Shown here: positions 24,598-36,255 of the stretch, one piece after another
How positions within the stretch are numbered: the stretch's first letter is position 1
How the letters are laid out: every line of letters starts with the position of its first letter
From: Antechinus flavipes
Taxonomy: Eukaryota
Direction: 5' to 3'
Assembly (NCBI RefSeq): GCF_016432865.1
Contig: NC_067401.1
Span: 110,112,001-110,176,000, forward strand
DNA: 64,000 nucleotides
Made by a program: the position numbers and the translations under genes
The notes under the pieces: model-generated
The model's input: only the letters and a program-made list of their open reading frames with translations
What the model was told of the DNA's origin: nothing
Database searches by the model: none

Positions 24598-25239
24598 CTG
24601 GAAAGAGACATTGAAGAGAATTGTTTGCTGTTGTTTTTAAAATTTTTAATGGTATTTTATATTTCCAAACACAAATACACATTTAGTTTTCAACATTCAC
24701 CTTTGCAAAACTTTGTGTTCCAAATTTTTCTTCCTCTCCCCCCCACCTCCCCCTCACTTCAGGGCAGCAAGCAATCTGCTATAGGATAAACTAACTACCT
24801 ACTAGGCAAAGAGTGAACAGCCAGTTATTTTCTTTCTGTATCTCTGCTTTTTCTTGGTCTTTTCCTGAGTATTTCAGTTAGTGTCTCTCTCTGCCTTTGA
24901 GTCTCTTTCTCTGTTCTATGCTACTTTCCTTTTTTTTCTATCTCTGCAGGGTTATAACTATCTTGGAGCATTTGGGGATGGGATGGCCCAAGATCTATTT
25001 GTGGTATTCCTAAGCACGCTTTAACTCTCCTGTCTTTATTATAAATGACTCCTATCCAAAGCCTGCCTCACTGTCTGTGAATCGCCTGTCTCTGTGACAG
25101 AACAAAGCCCTAAACGCTTTACAGGAAGACTGAGACTACACTTAAGTTCTAGAGATACTATAGTCTTATCCATGACAAAGAGGGACTTTTAGTCTGATTG
25201 TCAAGTGAGGATTCTCTCTCTCTCTTAATATAATAATAG

Positions 25240-25960
25240 GTTTTTATTTTTCAAGAAAATATACAAAGATTCAACTTTCAAAACCTTGTATTCCAAATTT
25301 CTCCTCCTTCCTCCCCTACACAACAATTCATCCAATATAGGTTACACACCTGCAGTTCTTCTAAACATATTTCCACATTTACCATGTTGCACAAGAAAAA
25401 TCAGATCAAAAGGGGGTAAAAATGGGAGGAAAAAAAAAACAAGAAAGCAAACAACAAAAAAAGGTGAAAATACTATGTTGTGATCCATATTCAGTCTCCA
25501 TAGTTCTCTCTCTGGGTGCAGATGGCTCTCTCCATCACAAGTCTATTGGAAATGGCCTAAATCATCTCATTGTTGAAAAGAGCCACGTCCATCACAGTTG
25601 ATCATTGTATAATCTTGCTATTGCCATGTACAATGTTCTATTGCTTCTGCTCATTTCACTTAGCATCAGTTCATGTAAGTCTCTCCAGGCCTTTCTGAAA
25701 TCAGCCTGCTAACTGTTTCTTACAGAACAATAATATTCCATATTCATATACCAATAATATCCCAACATTCATATACCATAACTTATTTAGCCCTTCCCCA
25801 ACCGATGGGCATCCACTCAGTTTCCAGTTTCTTTTCACTATTAAAAGAGCTGCCACAAACATTTTTGCACATGTGGGTCCCTTTTCCCTTTTTTATGATC
25901 TCTTTGGGATGGATACAGGTCCAGTAGAGACACTGCTGGATCAAAGGGTATGCAGAGTTT
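25240..25960 (-). mobile_element. L1 3' fragment
   Basis: Reverse complement of marsupial L1 3'UTR and ORF2 end. Confidence 0.8.
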
Positions 25961-26239
25961 GATAGGAGGGCTCTCTTCTGATAGGTTAAAGATAAGTCAG
26001 AGAGGGGACCAGAGGAGCAGAGAGAGAAGGAGAAGATTGGACTAGAGAGAAGGTGCTGAACGCAGAGCTAAGGCATTTCCTAGTGTGTGTTGGGGGTCTA
26101 AGTCTGAATCTTCTAATACCTTTGACTGGGTTTAGAGAAAATCACGGGGGGAGGATGTCTAATTTTTCAAAAGAATGTATAGTAAGCAAATTAGGAGAAC
26201 AAGGGATAGTCCACCTCTCACAGCTGTGAAGGAAGAAAT

Positions 26240-28040
26240 TTATGGCCAAAGAAGTACCAGAGAACATTATAAAATGGATGATTTTGATTATATTAAATCG
26301 AAAGCTTTTGTACAAACAAAACCAATGTAGCCAAGATTGGAAGGGAAGTAGAAAATTAGGGAAAAAAATTTTTTTAATTAAAGCTTTTTATTTTCAAAAC
26401 ATATGCATAGATAATTTCAACATTCATCCTTGCAAAACCTTGTGTTAAAATTTTTTCTCACTCCCTTCTGTGTAACTCCTTCCTCTAGACAGCAAGTAAT
26501 CTAATATATGTTAAATATATGCAGTTCTTCCATACATATTTCCACAATTGTCATGTTGCACAAGAAAAATCAGCTCAAAAAGGGGAAAAATGAGAAAGAA
26601 AACAAAATACAAGCAAACAACAATAAAAAAGGTGAAAATACTATGTTGTGATCCACACTCAGTCCCCACAGTCCTCTCTCTGGGTGTAGATGGTTCTCTT
26701 CATCACAAAACCATTGGAAATGGCCTGAATCATCTCACTCTTGAAAAGAGCCAAGTCCATCAGAACTGGTCATCTTATAATCTTCTTGTTGCTGTATAGA
26801 ATGTTCTCTTGGTTCTATTCACTTCACTTAGCCTCAGTTCATATAAGTCTCTCCAAGCCTCTTTGAAATCATCCTGCTAATCCTGAACATTTCATCCTGA
26901 AATCATCCTGCTAATCATTTCTTACAGATTGGGAAAAAATTTTTACATCCAAGCACTCTGATAATTGCCTCATTTCTAAAATATTTAGAGAATTTCTAAG
27001 AACGCAAACTATTCTTCAACTGACAAATAATCAAAGATATCAACAGATAATTTTCAGACAAAGAAATGTCATTTCTAGTCATATGAAAAAATGCTCTAAA
27101 TCACTATTGATTAGAGAATGCAAATTCAAACAACTCTGAGGTACCGCTATCAGCCTCTCAGTTTGGCTAAAATGACAGAAAAATATAAGGATGAATGTTG
27201 GAGGGGATGTGGAAAAACTAGGTCACTAATACATTGCTGGTGGAGTTGTGAATTGATTCAACCATTCTGGAGAGTGATCTAGAACTATGCCCAAAGGGCT
27301 ATCAAACTGTGCATATCCTTTGATCCGGCAGTGTCTCTAATGGACCTGAATCCCAAAGAGATCATAAAAAAGGGAAAAGGACCCACATGTACAAAATGTT
27401 TGTGGCAGCCCTTCTTGTAGTGACAAGAAACTGGAAACTGAGTGGATGCCCATGAATTGGAGAATTAAATTATGGTATATGAATGTTACAGAATATCATT
27501 GTTCTGTAAGAAATGACCAGCAGGATGATTTCAGAAAGGTCTGGAGAAACTTACACGAACTGACGCTGAGTGAAATGAACAGAACCAGGAAATTATTGTA
27601 CACACCAACAACAAGATTGTAATGGACTTGGCTTTTTCCAACAATGAGATGATTCAGACCAGTTCCAATAGATTTGTGATGGAAAAAGCCATCTACACCC
27701 ATAGAGAGAACTGTGGGGACTGAGTGTGGATTACAACATGGTATTTACACATTTTGTTGTTGTTGTTGTTGTTGGCTTTTTTTTTCTTTCTCATTTTTTC
27801 CCCCTTTTTGATCTACTTTTTCTTGTACAACATGATAACTGTGGAAATATGTTTAATTTAGAAGAACTGCACCTTTAATGTATATTGGATTACATGCTAT
27901 CTAGGGAATGAGAGTGGGGAGAAGGGAGGGAGAAAATTTTGTAACACAAGGTTTTACAAAGGTGAATGTTGAAAATATCTTTGCAAGTATCTTGAAAATA
28001 AAAAGTTATTAGTAAAATTTTAAAATAAATAAATAAAATA
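26240..28040 (+). mobile_element. L1 ORF2 3' part and 3'UTR, containing a nested antisense L1 3' end (about 26371-26930)
   Basis: gattatattaaatcgaaagcttttgtacaaacaaaaccaatg ORF2 remnant; gggaaaaaattt duplicated on both sides of the nested piece. Confidence 0.8.
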
Positions 28041-30234
28041 TTGTATAGTACATTTGAACCTGTGTATATATTTTATTTTTCTTTCTTTTTGGAGACAATT
28101 GGGGTTAAGTAACTTCTCAGGGTCACACAGCTAATATGTACCCGAGACTGGATTTGAATTCAGATCCTCCAGACTCCAGGGTTCGTGCTCTACCAACCTC
28201 ACCTGTTTCTTAATTATTAGCACCATTTAGGTGTGGCTATTTATGCCTGCTTGCACTTGTGTATATATAGAGAAAGGAAAGAGTACAATGTGTGCTCTTT
28301 TATATGTGTGTGTGTGCATATATGTGTTCACATACACACACATGCTAGTATGGTCTCAGAATTTAACCAACCAACATTTATTCAGTGCTTGGTATTATTT
28401 ACAGTATTTGAACTGAAAGAGACCCAAAGATCATCTGCTTCATTTTAAAGATACAGATAACTATGAGAAGTACTGGAATTTAAATGATTTATCAAATCAC
28501 ACAGCAAATTAGGAGTAAGATCAGAAATTAAAGCTGGGTTCTTTGATGCTACTTAGCAAAAAGAATGCTGGATTTTAAAAATTAGTATCTCATTTTACAG
28601 ATAAGGAAATTTAGGTGTGCAGAGATTAAGTGACTGACTCACAGTAATACAGCCAGTGCAAATCTGAGAATGTATTAGAATTCAGGTCTTCCAGGTCCAG
28701 GACTCTTATCTTCACTGCTACCTAACTGCCTCTTATTTTACATATTATGTGACCTCTACATGTATGTATGTGAGGGTACGAGGCTTGCATGTATTTGCAG
28801 AGTTGTGCATATATGCATTCATATGTCTGTATACATATGGATAGTCATGTGTGTTTGTAGGCAGGTCTACATTTAAGAATCTCCATGTATATAAGGATTC
28901 TGGGTCCTTCTGTCTGTTTTACTCTGTGTGAGTCTCTGTCCCTGTTCCTTACCCTAAGCTAAATTATCCTTCCCAAAGGGAAGGGCTCCTCTTTCCCTTT
29001 CCGGGGCATCAGATCACTATTGCTCCTCACCTTTTCTTTCCCACCCCCACCTTTCTCAGGAAAAAAGGGGTGCAGCTTCCCCTAGCTCCTGGGTAAATAC
29101 CCTACTGCCCTCTAGGGAATTTGAGCCAGAATAAGGGTTGGGTCTGGGAGAGGCTGGGTGGGTGGGGTGGACTGGGGAAGCTGAGTCTTACAATGTACAC
29201 CCTGCCCTGAAGGGAGAGTAGGGTGTAAGAGAAGGAAATCAAAAAGGATGGTCACTCATGCAAACAGGGAAAGAGTGGGACAGAATCTGCACAAATGGTT
29301 TTGAGAGGGCCAAGAGGAATAAGCAACAGGAGAGAAGTGGGAAGCCCAGAACTCCGATGCCCTTGTTTCTCCAGGGTGAGAATCCCCAGCAGCTAGCACA
29401 GTGCCTGGTATATAGTGGGTGATTAATAAATGCTGATTAGAAGCTCACTCGCAAAGTCTGAAGATCATACACTTAAAGATTAGCTAACCTAATTCCTTTC
29501 TTTACATATAAGGAAATAGGCCAAAAAATGTCACAGGGCTGATAAACTAAGAGTCCTAGTTCTTTTCATTACATCATCATTGTTGCTGTTGGTCATTTAG
29601 ACTGCTAAGAAGCTGTAATGAGTTGCCATTTCCTTCTCTAGATCATTTTACAGAGGAGGAAACTGAGGCAAACAGGTGAAGTCACATAGCTAGTAAGTGT
29701 CTGAGATCACATTTGAACTCAGGTATTCCTGACTCCATGCCTAGTACGCTCCACTAAACTCTATCAACTTTCTAATAAGCCTCTTTCCTTAATAGGGAAA
29801 TGCAGGGTCATTTCTATTGCAACACAAAATAAGGAGACCCACCCTCTTTTATCCCTTTATTCCTTTCCAATCTTCCCTACCCCAGATTCCTTTCTTTCTT
29901 TGGGGTAAGGGGGACCTCAGTGAGCAGAGGAGTTCTAAAGTCTTACCTCCATTACTTAACTACAGATTGTGGGGCAGAGGTATGTGGCTAGATTTTTTTT
30001 CTGATTATAAATCCCATTATTAAGAAACTACTATCATTATAACTAAAAACAGACAAATAGATGCAGGAACCGTCTCTGCTTCTTGTCATGTAGAGCCCTT
30101 TATCATCTGGTAGAATGACTGGCTGGGGGAGAGGGGCCCTCAGTGCTGAGACCAAGGGTCTCTTATTGCAGTCTTCTTAGTGTCTAAGTCTCTCTTTCTC
30201 AGTATCTCAGTTTCCCCCATAACTCCCGACTCAC

Positions 30235-30277
30235 CCTTGAAGACAAAGTTATAATCCTCTTCTGCTCCGTTTCCCAT
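30235..30277 (-). CDS. RAB25: RAB25 exon 1 coding part
   Basis: ccaagATGG start; MGNGAEEDYNFVFK-V; donor AAGG|GTGAGT; 43 nt. Confidence 0.95.
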
Positions 30278-30539
30278 CTTGGTCCCGCATCGAGTGTGTG
30301 AGTATGTGCGGTTGGAGTGAGGGGTGGGTGGGTAGAAAATGGGGTTAGGGCGTTGGTTCTGTGCCCCTCAACCCTCTGCTCTCTGGAGGACTTGACTTGA
30401 TCCTCTTCTCATTGGGGATAGTTGGCCTTTGCAGTGGAAAAGGAACGAGGGCAAGCTCGCTCACTACTGGTGGGCTGGGGAATCTCAACTACTTAGAAAG
30501 AGGACGGGTCACAAGGAGAGGACGGAAGCAACAAGGAAC

Positions 30540-30810
30540 AGGAAGAGCCAGGTGACTGGAGACCTGGGGCCCAGGTGGGTGGAGAGAGCGATGACGTCAC
30601 GACAGGTTGGACAGGTTGGGTGTCTCTCAGGCCCTGGCCCTGGGTGGGGAGCAGGACAGATTTCCCAAGACAGGTTGGGGAGGAAAATAGGACCCTGGAG
30701 ACTGAACACTAAATTAGCATCAATAGGCTTTCCTGATCTTTAGTAGAGCTACTTAACCCTTGGTTTTAAGTTTGTAACAACCACATGGGGAAAACAAAGA
30801 AACCTGTCCC
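30540..30810 (-). promoter_or_regulatory. RAB25: RAB25 proximal promoter module (CRE, E2-boxes, GRHL-like sites)
   Basis: TGACGTCA 30592-30599; CAGGTG at 30549 and 30572; ACAGGTT/AACCTGT at 30602, 30611, 30670, 30801. Confidence 0.6.
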
Positions 30811-32122
30811 CATAATGCAGAAGCAGCCGGAGCAGCAAGCTAAAGGGGAGTGTGGGAGCATTTGCAGTGAAGAAGGGTTGTCGGTGTGGGCTGGAAGCTT
30901 ATAATCTAGAAACACTTGCTGCTCTGGAACAGCAAGGAGAAGCTTCAAGTTAGCCAGGTATAGTTGCCATAGTAATAACCCCTCCCAGGGAGCCCAGGGC
31001 AGTTGGCTGGACAGCCCTCAGGAGGTGGGGCTGGGATTCAGGGCTCTACCCATTTTGGGAAACAGGATTTTTTACAGGATTGGTGGCATGGGGGCCAGGT
31101 GGTTTGGTGGTGGGGACTCTGGAAGGCCAACTGAGAACTCTGAATTATAGAGCAAGCAATAGGTAAGACCATTGAGAAAAGTGAAGAGCAAGGTAGAGAG
31201 ACAGACTAAGGTAGCTAAAAAAGAAACAGGTGCTGCAAGGTAGTGTACACATGTGTGCACAAGTGAGTTAGGGGAGGATTTGGAGCTGAGGCAGTGTAGC
31301 CTGAGGCCTCTGATCAACCTCTGGCCTGGACCTTAAGTTATCTGGACTCCAGGGCATCCCCTTCTCTGGCTGAGACTTCCTTTCCAGCCCCATACTCTTG
31401 ACAGTACATTTGAAAACAGCTTGCAGATTCCAAGTTAAGAATGGATACATCTTTGTGTTGGGAGTGGGAAGGCAGTTAAATCCTTGAAGGAAGCCAAATG
31501 TTCTTGGTAGCTCTCCCTTGTCTTCTAAACTAAGAAATACATTCAAAATGGATATGCCTGAAGATAGGGATTGGGGAAAGAAGTAAAATGGTCACATGAT
31601 CCTACTGGAATAGGAGTTAGGACATTGAGCTCCCCATGTATAAAATGTGTCCCTCACTTGTTCCTCCCTGCTAAATTCGGGCATCCATCCAGGCTTACTA
31701 CAGATTATAAGTGGAAAACCACAGCCAAAAACCACTTGGCTCCTGATGAGAGGGGAAAGAATTTATTAAAAATGCACCCTAGAATCGATCCCTTATCCAT
31801 CTCAAAATTTAGGAGCGAGAAGGGTCTTTAGCAGCTCTCTAGTTCACTCCATACATACAGGAAAGAAATTCTCACCATTAACACATCCCAGAAGTGGTCA
31901 GTTTTTCTCTGCTGAGGAAGGGGAACCCAACACCTCTCCAGACAGCCATTCTATTTCTGGACATATCTAATTGTTTTTCTTAATCTGTGGGAGTCTAAAT
32001 GTGTCTCTTCGAAACTTTCTCTCATTTACACCAAACAGAACAAATCTAATCCTTCCTCTATACCTCCCCCACTGAACAAACTCATTAAAAAGAATCTAAG
32101 ACATAAGACAGATGTTAAATAG

Positions 32123-32128
32123 TTTATT
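32123..32128 (-). terminator. LAMTOR2: Probable LAMTOR2 polyA signal AATAAA
   Basis: TTTATT on + strand about 130 nt after the stop. Confidence 0.55.
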
Positions 32129-32257
32129 CAATGAGATTAGAAAACTTTCCCTTCAGACCTCAAGAAAGATTTCCTGAGAGCCCTGCCCCTACCACAGGGT
32201 TAGCCCTCCACCCTCATCCCCCCCCCTTTATCTCAAGCCCATTATCCCCTCGGACTG

Positions 32258-32314
32258 CTATGATGCTGCCACTTGGGTGAGGGGATCCTCCAGGTACTGG
32301 ACCAGGGCCTGGGC
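32258..32314 (-). CDS. LAMTOR2: LAMTOR2 exon 4
   Basis: AQALVQYLEDPLTQVAAS*; acceptor ttacag; 57 nt. Confidence 0.96.
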   Translation of the reverse strand, partial: AQALVQYLEDPLTQVAAS

Positions 32315-32623
32315 CTGTAAGAGGGTTAAGCCAATTTAGCCACAAAAACAACAACAGACTGAGTTAGGAACTAGGACATCCAGACTTCCAGTTCTACTCC
32401 CTCCCTTCCTCCCCCTCCTCATAAGTTTTTAAACCCCATATACTCCTTTTCCCAGGGAATAGGGATTAATACTCACGCTTGAGAAAGGTTGGGAATAGGG
32501 AACAGAGCTCAGAACTACCAAGATGAGAGCATGAAAGGGTGGGGGTTTAAAGGAGAAAAGGTAACCCTATGACATGGCAACAGCAGGAGAAATTTTTAAA
32601 AAGGAAATGGGATAAGGGATCAC

Positions 32624-32713
32624 CTTAGCCTTCAGCATTCCAAAGCCCACAGTCTCTTTGGCGTACATACACAGCAACAGGTTTGCCACCCGAGTGATCG
32701 CCACTCGGCCCTC
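32624..32713 (-). CDS. LAMTOR2: LAMTOR2 exon 3
   Basis: [30 protein letters not shown]; donor AAG|GTGATC; 90 nt. Confidence 0.97.
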
Positions 32714-33540
32714 CTGCAGGGGTGGGAAATATGAGATATGACTGCTGATTGGCCCCAGTTGTCCCTACCTAGAATCAAGTTTTTGGAATGATGCAAATTT
32801 TCTGGGCTTTACTTTCCTTAGGGAGATGGAATAGGCAACCTCTCATATGTCTTCCAGCTCTAAATCTGAGATTCTATTATTATTTTTTTTTTTTTTGGAT
32901 CATATACCTCCATATACTCTCCTACTGTTCTCAGTTTGATGTATTTAATTCTCAGCAAAACTATAAGCTGTTAGGGCAAAGATCTGGGTACTGGCATTTC
33001 CCATGAAATGCTCTCTGGATGAGCCTTTCATCTCTAAGGTGAGATGGAAAGTTAAAGTCCCCGGCTTATACTCTTGTTTTGGGGTCTACTTGAGATTCTC
33101 TCCTCTGTTGCTTGGCTCCCACCTCCATGATGTACTTGGGAGCTTCTGCATCCGCCTCCCTCCAACCATCTGCTCCAAATCTAGTCTTCGACTTAAGGGT
33201 GATCAGTGTACAGTGGAAACAACGCTGAATTTGAAGTCAGAATTCCAGAAGAACGTAAGCTCGGATGGTTTTTCTACTCCCAGCTCTTAGGATCTGGTAC
33301 TTAATGATTGTTAAATCAAATTGCATTTCAAGACATAAGCAGCTGGGAAGGTCTATGAGTCCGACGTGGGCTTTCCCTGTGTTTGCGTCCTGGGCATTCC
33401 ATTTGGCTCTGGGTTTTTGTATTCACAGCTGGACTCAAGGATCTCTTCCAGCCCTAAACTAATGACCCTAAGGATGGACCCACCCGCGGACTCTAGTCTC
33501 AATCCCACCCCGTCAGGAGCCCCCCTTCTCCCCTTCATAC

Positions 33541-33703
33541 CATGCAGTCCATGAGAATGAATTTGAGATTGTCTTCGTTGAAGGCTTGGTTCCCGTTCCG
33601 GTCATAGGCGGCCCAGATGTTGCTAGCGATGGCTGCGGTGACCCTAGCATCGGTGTCCCCATAACCAGAATAGGCCAGCAGGGAACCCTCGTTGTTCAGC
33701 AAC
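33541..33703 (-). CDS. LAMTOR2: LAMTOR2 exon 2
   Basis: [54 protein letters not shown]; donor ATG|GTATGA; 163 nt. Confidence 0.97.
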
Positions 33704-34267
33704 CTGGTGGGAGGGAAAATGCTTTCGAGGACTTGCCTGAGAGTCCCCAAAATGGGCCGGGGTGAGGAGCCCGAGTTCCCTCGCCCAAATCCTGCTTTCC
33801 CGGCGGGGGTGGGGCTAAAAGCTACCGGCTTCCTCCTCCACACTCAACAGTCCAGGCTGAAGATCACCGTTTCCTTCGTGCTTCCCCTGCCCTCCAGCCC
33901 CAGTATCTCTTCTTCCTCCCTTTCTCCCCCCTCCAGGCTTCATTCACCGAATACCTCGAGCTGTAGGAAGCCCGAGTTGGGTTTATTTTTGTCTTTGAGC
34001 CCTCCCCACGCCCCCCCGACCCCGGTGCAAGTGGTAGGACGGTGTCTGCACCTGCTAGGAATGCCTAAATAAATGCTGGTTCACTGCATGACTGACACAG
34101 CGCCCCTTTTCTTCCCTCACCTTCCTGTTCCTGGGCTCATTCCCCCTGCCTGGGGTACCCCGAATTCCCCCTCCCGCTACAGGGCCCGACTAAGGGGCTG
34201 TCCCAATCCCAGCTAGAAGGCATTGCATCTTCTCCCCGGGATCCCCCGCCCCCATCTCAACACTTAC

Positions 34268-34335
34268 AGTGTACTCTGAACGCCTCCGGTGTTAGCTTGA
34301 CTTAGTACCTGGGTCAGGGCCTTGGGGCGAAGCAT
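34268..34335 (-). CDS. LAMTOR2: LAMTOR2 exon 1 coding part
   Basis: MLRPKALTQVLSQANTGGVQST-L; donor CT|GTAAGT; 68 nt. Confidence 0.97.
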
Positions 34336-34451
34336 GACGACGGGTCCGAATCCCCGCAAACCGGTGTCCCTCCCGTGTCCCTAGGGTCTTCCTCCTGGCT
34401 CGAGCTCCGTCGGACGCTTCCCGTAACCTGGTTGCCCCTCTCAAGGCACAC

Positions 34452-34606
34452 TGGGAGTTGTAGTCTCCAAGACGAACGATCTTTGCAGCCCCTCGCTGCA
34501 AAGCATCCTGGAAATTGTAGTTCTTCCTCAGTCCGTGAAGTATCTTGGGAGCTGTAGTTAAATCTGTGTGAAGTAAAGACTCGAGAGGACTTATAACCGG
34601 TTCCGG
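34452..34606 (-). promoter_or_regulatory. LAMTOR2: LAMTOR2 promoter: three ZNF143/THAP11-type ACTACA...CCCA motifs, plus AACCGGTT and ETS core
   Basis: TGGGAGTTGTAGT 34452, TGGAAATTGTAGT 34509, TGGGAGCTGTAGT 34546; AACCGGTT 34595-34602 overlapping TTCCGG. Confidence 0.7.
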
Positions 34607-36045
34607 GAAAGGGAACTACCCTGGTCCTTGTGTAATAAGCCGTTCATTTCAGCTTTGTGTGCACAAATCGTTGCACTTCGTAAAGCCCTTTCATATAAGT
34701 CAACAAGCATTCATTAAGCGTTTATCCTGAGCCAGGCAGTGGGCTAAACTTAAGTTGCCCATAACAACCCTGTAGGATAAGAAGGACAAGTATTATTAAT
34801 CTCCATAGGATGAAAAGTTGTAATTTGCCCAAGATCCCGCAGCTAACTCGTGGTTGAGCTATTGTTTCCCTGTCTAGTGCTCTTTTCTCTCCAGCTTTCT
34901 GTTTTTGTTTACTTACAGGAAGGTTAGAATAAGAGGGAAGGAGGAGGAGGGGAGGAAGGCTGGGGGAACCGTGAGAGAGGGGAGCCTGAGGCTTTTGGTG
35001 GGATGGGGAGGAGGGGAGGCTCTTGCATAAGGCATCAGGCGTTAGATTCCAATTAACAAGCATTTATTAAGCCAAAAATAGCCAAGTTCAAGTCCTGCCT
35101 CTGCCATACATTGCATAAATCTGAGTAACTTACAGTCTCTTTTCCTGTAGGTTTCCTGAGATTAGAAATTGCAGAGAAGGTGCTGGCCCACATTGGAAAA
35201 GGGAGGTCCCTGCACCAATGAAATCACAGCCATCCATCATTATCTCTATTAAGTGCAAGATCTTCTAGACTTTAGAACTTAAATGACTAGAATCTAGATG
35301 ACTTGAGAGACACTTTACACATGAATCCAAAAGATGGAGCCACTAGGGCTATTTGATTCTGAAGGGGAAGCTAGACCCCTAACTAGGGGAAAGAGGAAGG
35401 ATCCTCAGAGGAAAGATAAATAATGTTATCAGAAGAAAAGAAGGCCAAGAAACAGAAAGACCATTGTTCTGGGTCTGGTCTTTCCCAGGATAAGTATTAG
35501 TTACAGCTTTGACCGTTTTCTTACTTCTGTGAGCTGAAACTGTTATTATGTGTTGTCTCCTTCATCAGAAGCTGAACTCGCAGAGATCAGACACTGTCTT
35601 ACCGTTCTTTTCCCCCAGAGAATAACAGTTTAATAACAGTTACATATTTAGCACCTACCAGGTGTCAGATACTGTCAATTTTGCATAGAATAAATGTCTA
35701 CATAACACCTGAGGTCATATTTGAATCCAGGTCTTCTGGATTCCTCTTTGTTCAATGAGCTCCTCATCCAATAAGTGACTGGACCTCAGGACCCTTTTAA
35801 AGTCAGTGACTGTGCTCCCATCCGATACTACCGTATTCCCCTGCGGTGCCCTGGCGCCTCCGCTCCATTGGGGGCGCTCTGGCAGCTGCGGGCCCGAGAA
35901 GGAGAGACTGGCCGGGGCGGGGCGGACGGCAGTGAGGAGGGACTGAGGGCGGGCGGGAGGCTGGGGTGGGGGGGGGAGGGCTGGGGACGCCGTGGCCGGG
36001 CCGGGCCGGGCGGGGAGGAGGAGCCGGGGCCGGGCTGGCGGGAGG

Positions 36046-36048
<3 letters not shown>

Positions 36049-36075
<27 letters not shown>
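36049..36075 (+). repeat. (GGC)9 directly abutting the UBQLN4 ATG
   Basis: Nine GGC units immediately before ATG at 36076. Confidence 0.95.
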
Positions 36076-36076
<1 letters not shown>

Positions 36077-36255
36077 TGGCGGAGTCGAGCGGAGCCGGAG
36101 CCGGAGCCGGAGCCAGCGCCGGGACCGAGACCGGGTCTGGAACCGGAGCCGGGACTGAGGCCGAGCCGGGGCCAGGGCCCCCGATCCGGGTCACCGTCAA
36201 GACCCCCAAGGACAAGGAGGAGATCGTGATCTGCGATCGCGCTTCGGTGAAAGAG
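36076..36255 (+). CDS. UBQLN4: UBQLN4 exon 1 (expanded N-terminus, start of UBL)
   Basis: MAESSGAGAGAGASAGTETGSGTGAGTEAEPGPGPPIRVTVKTPKDKEEIVICDRASVKE; donor GAG|GTACGG; 180 nt. Confidence 0.96.
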
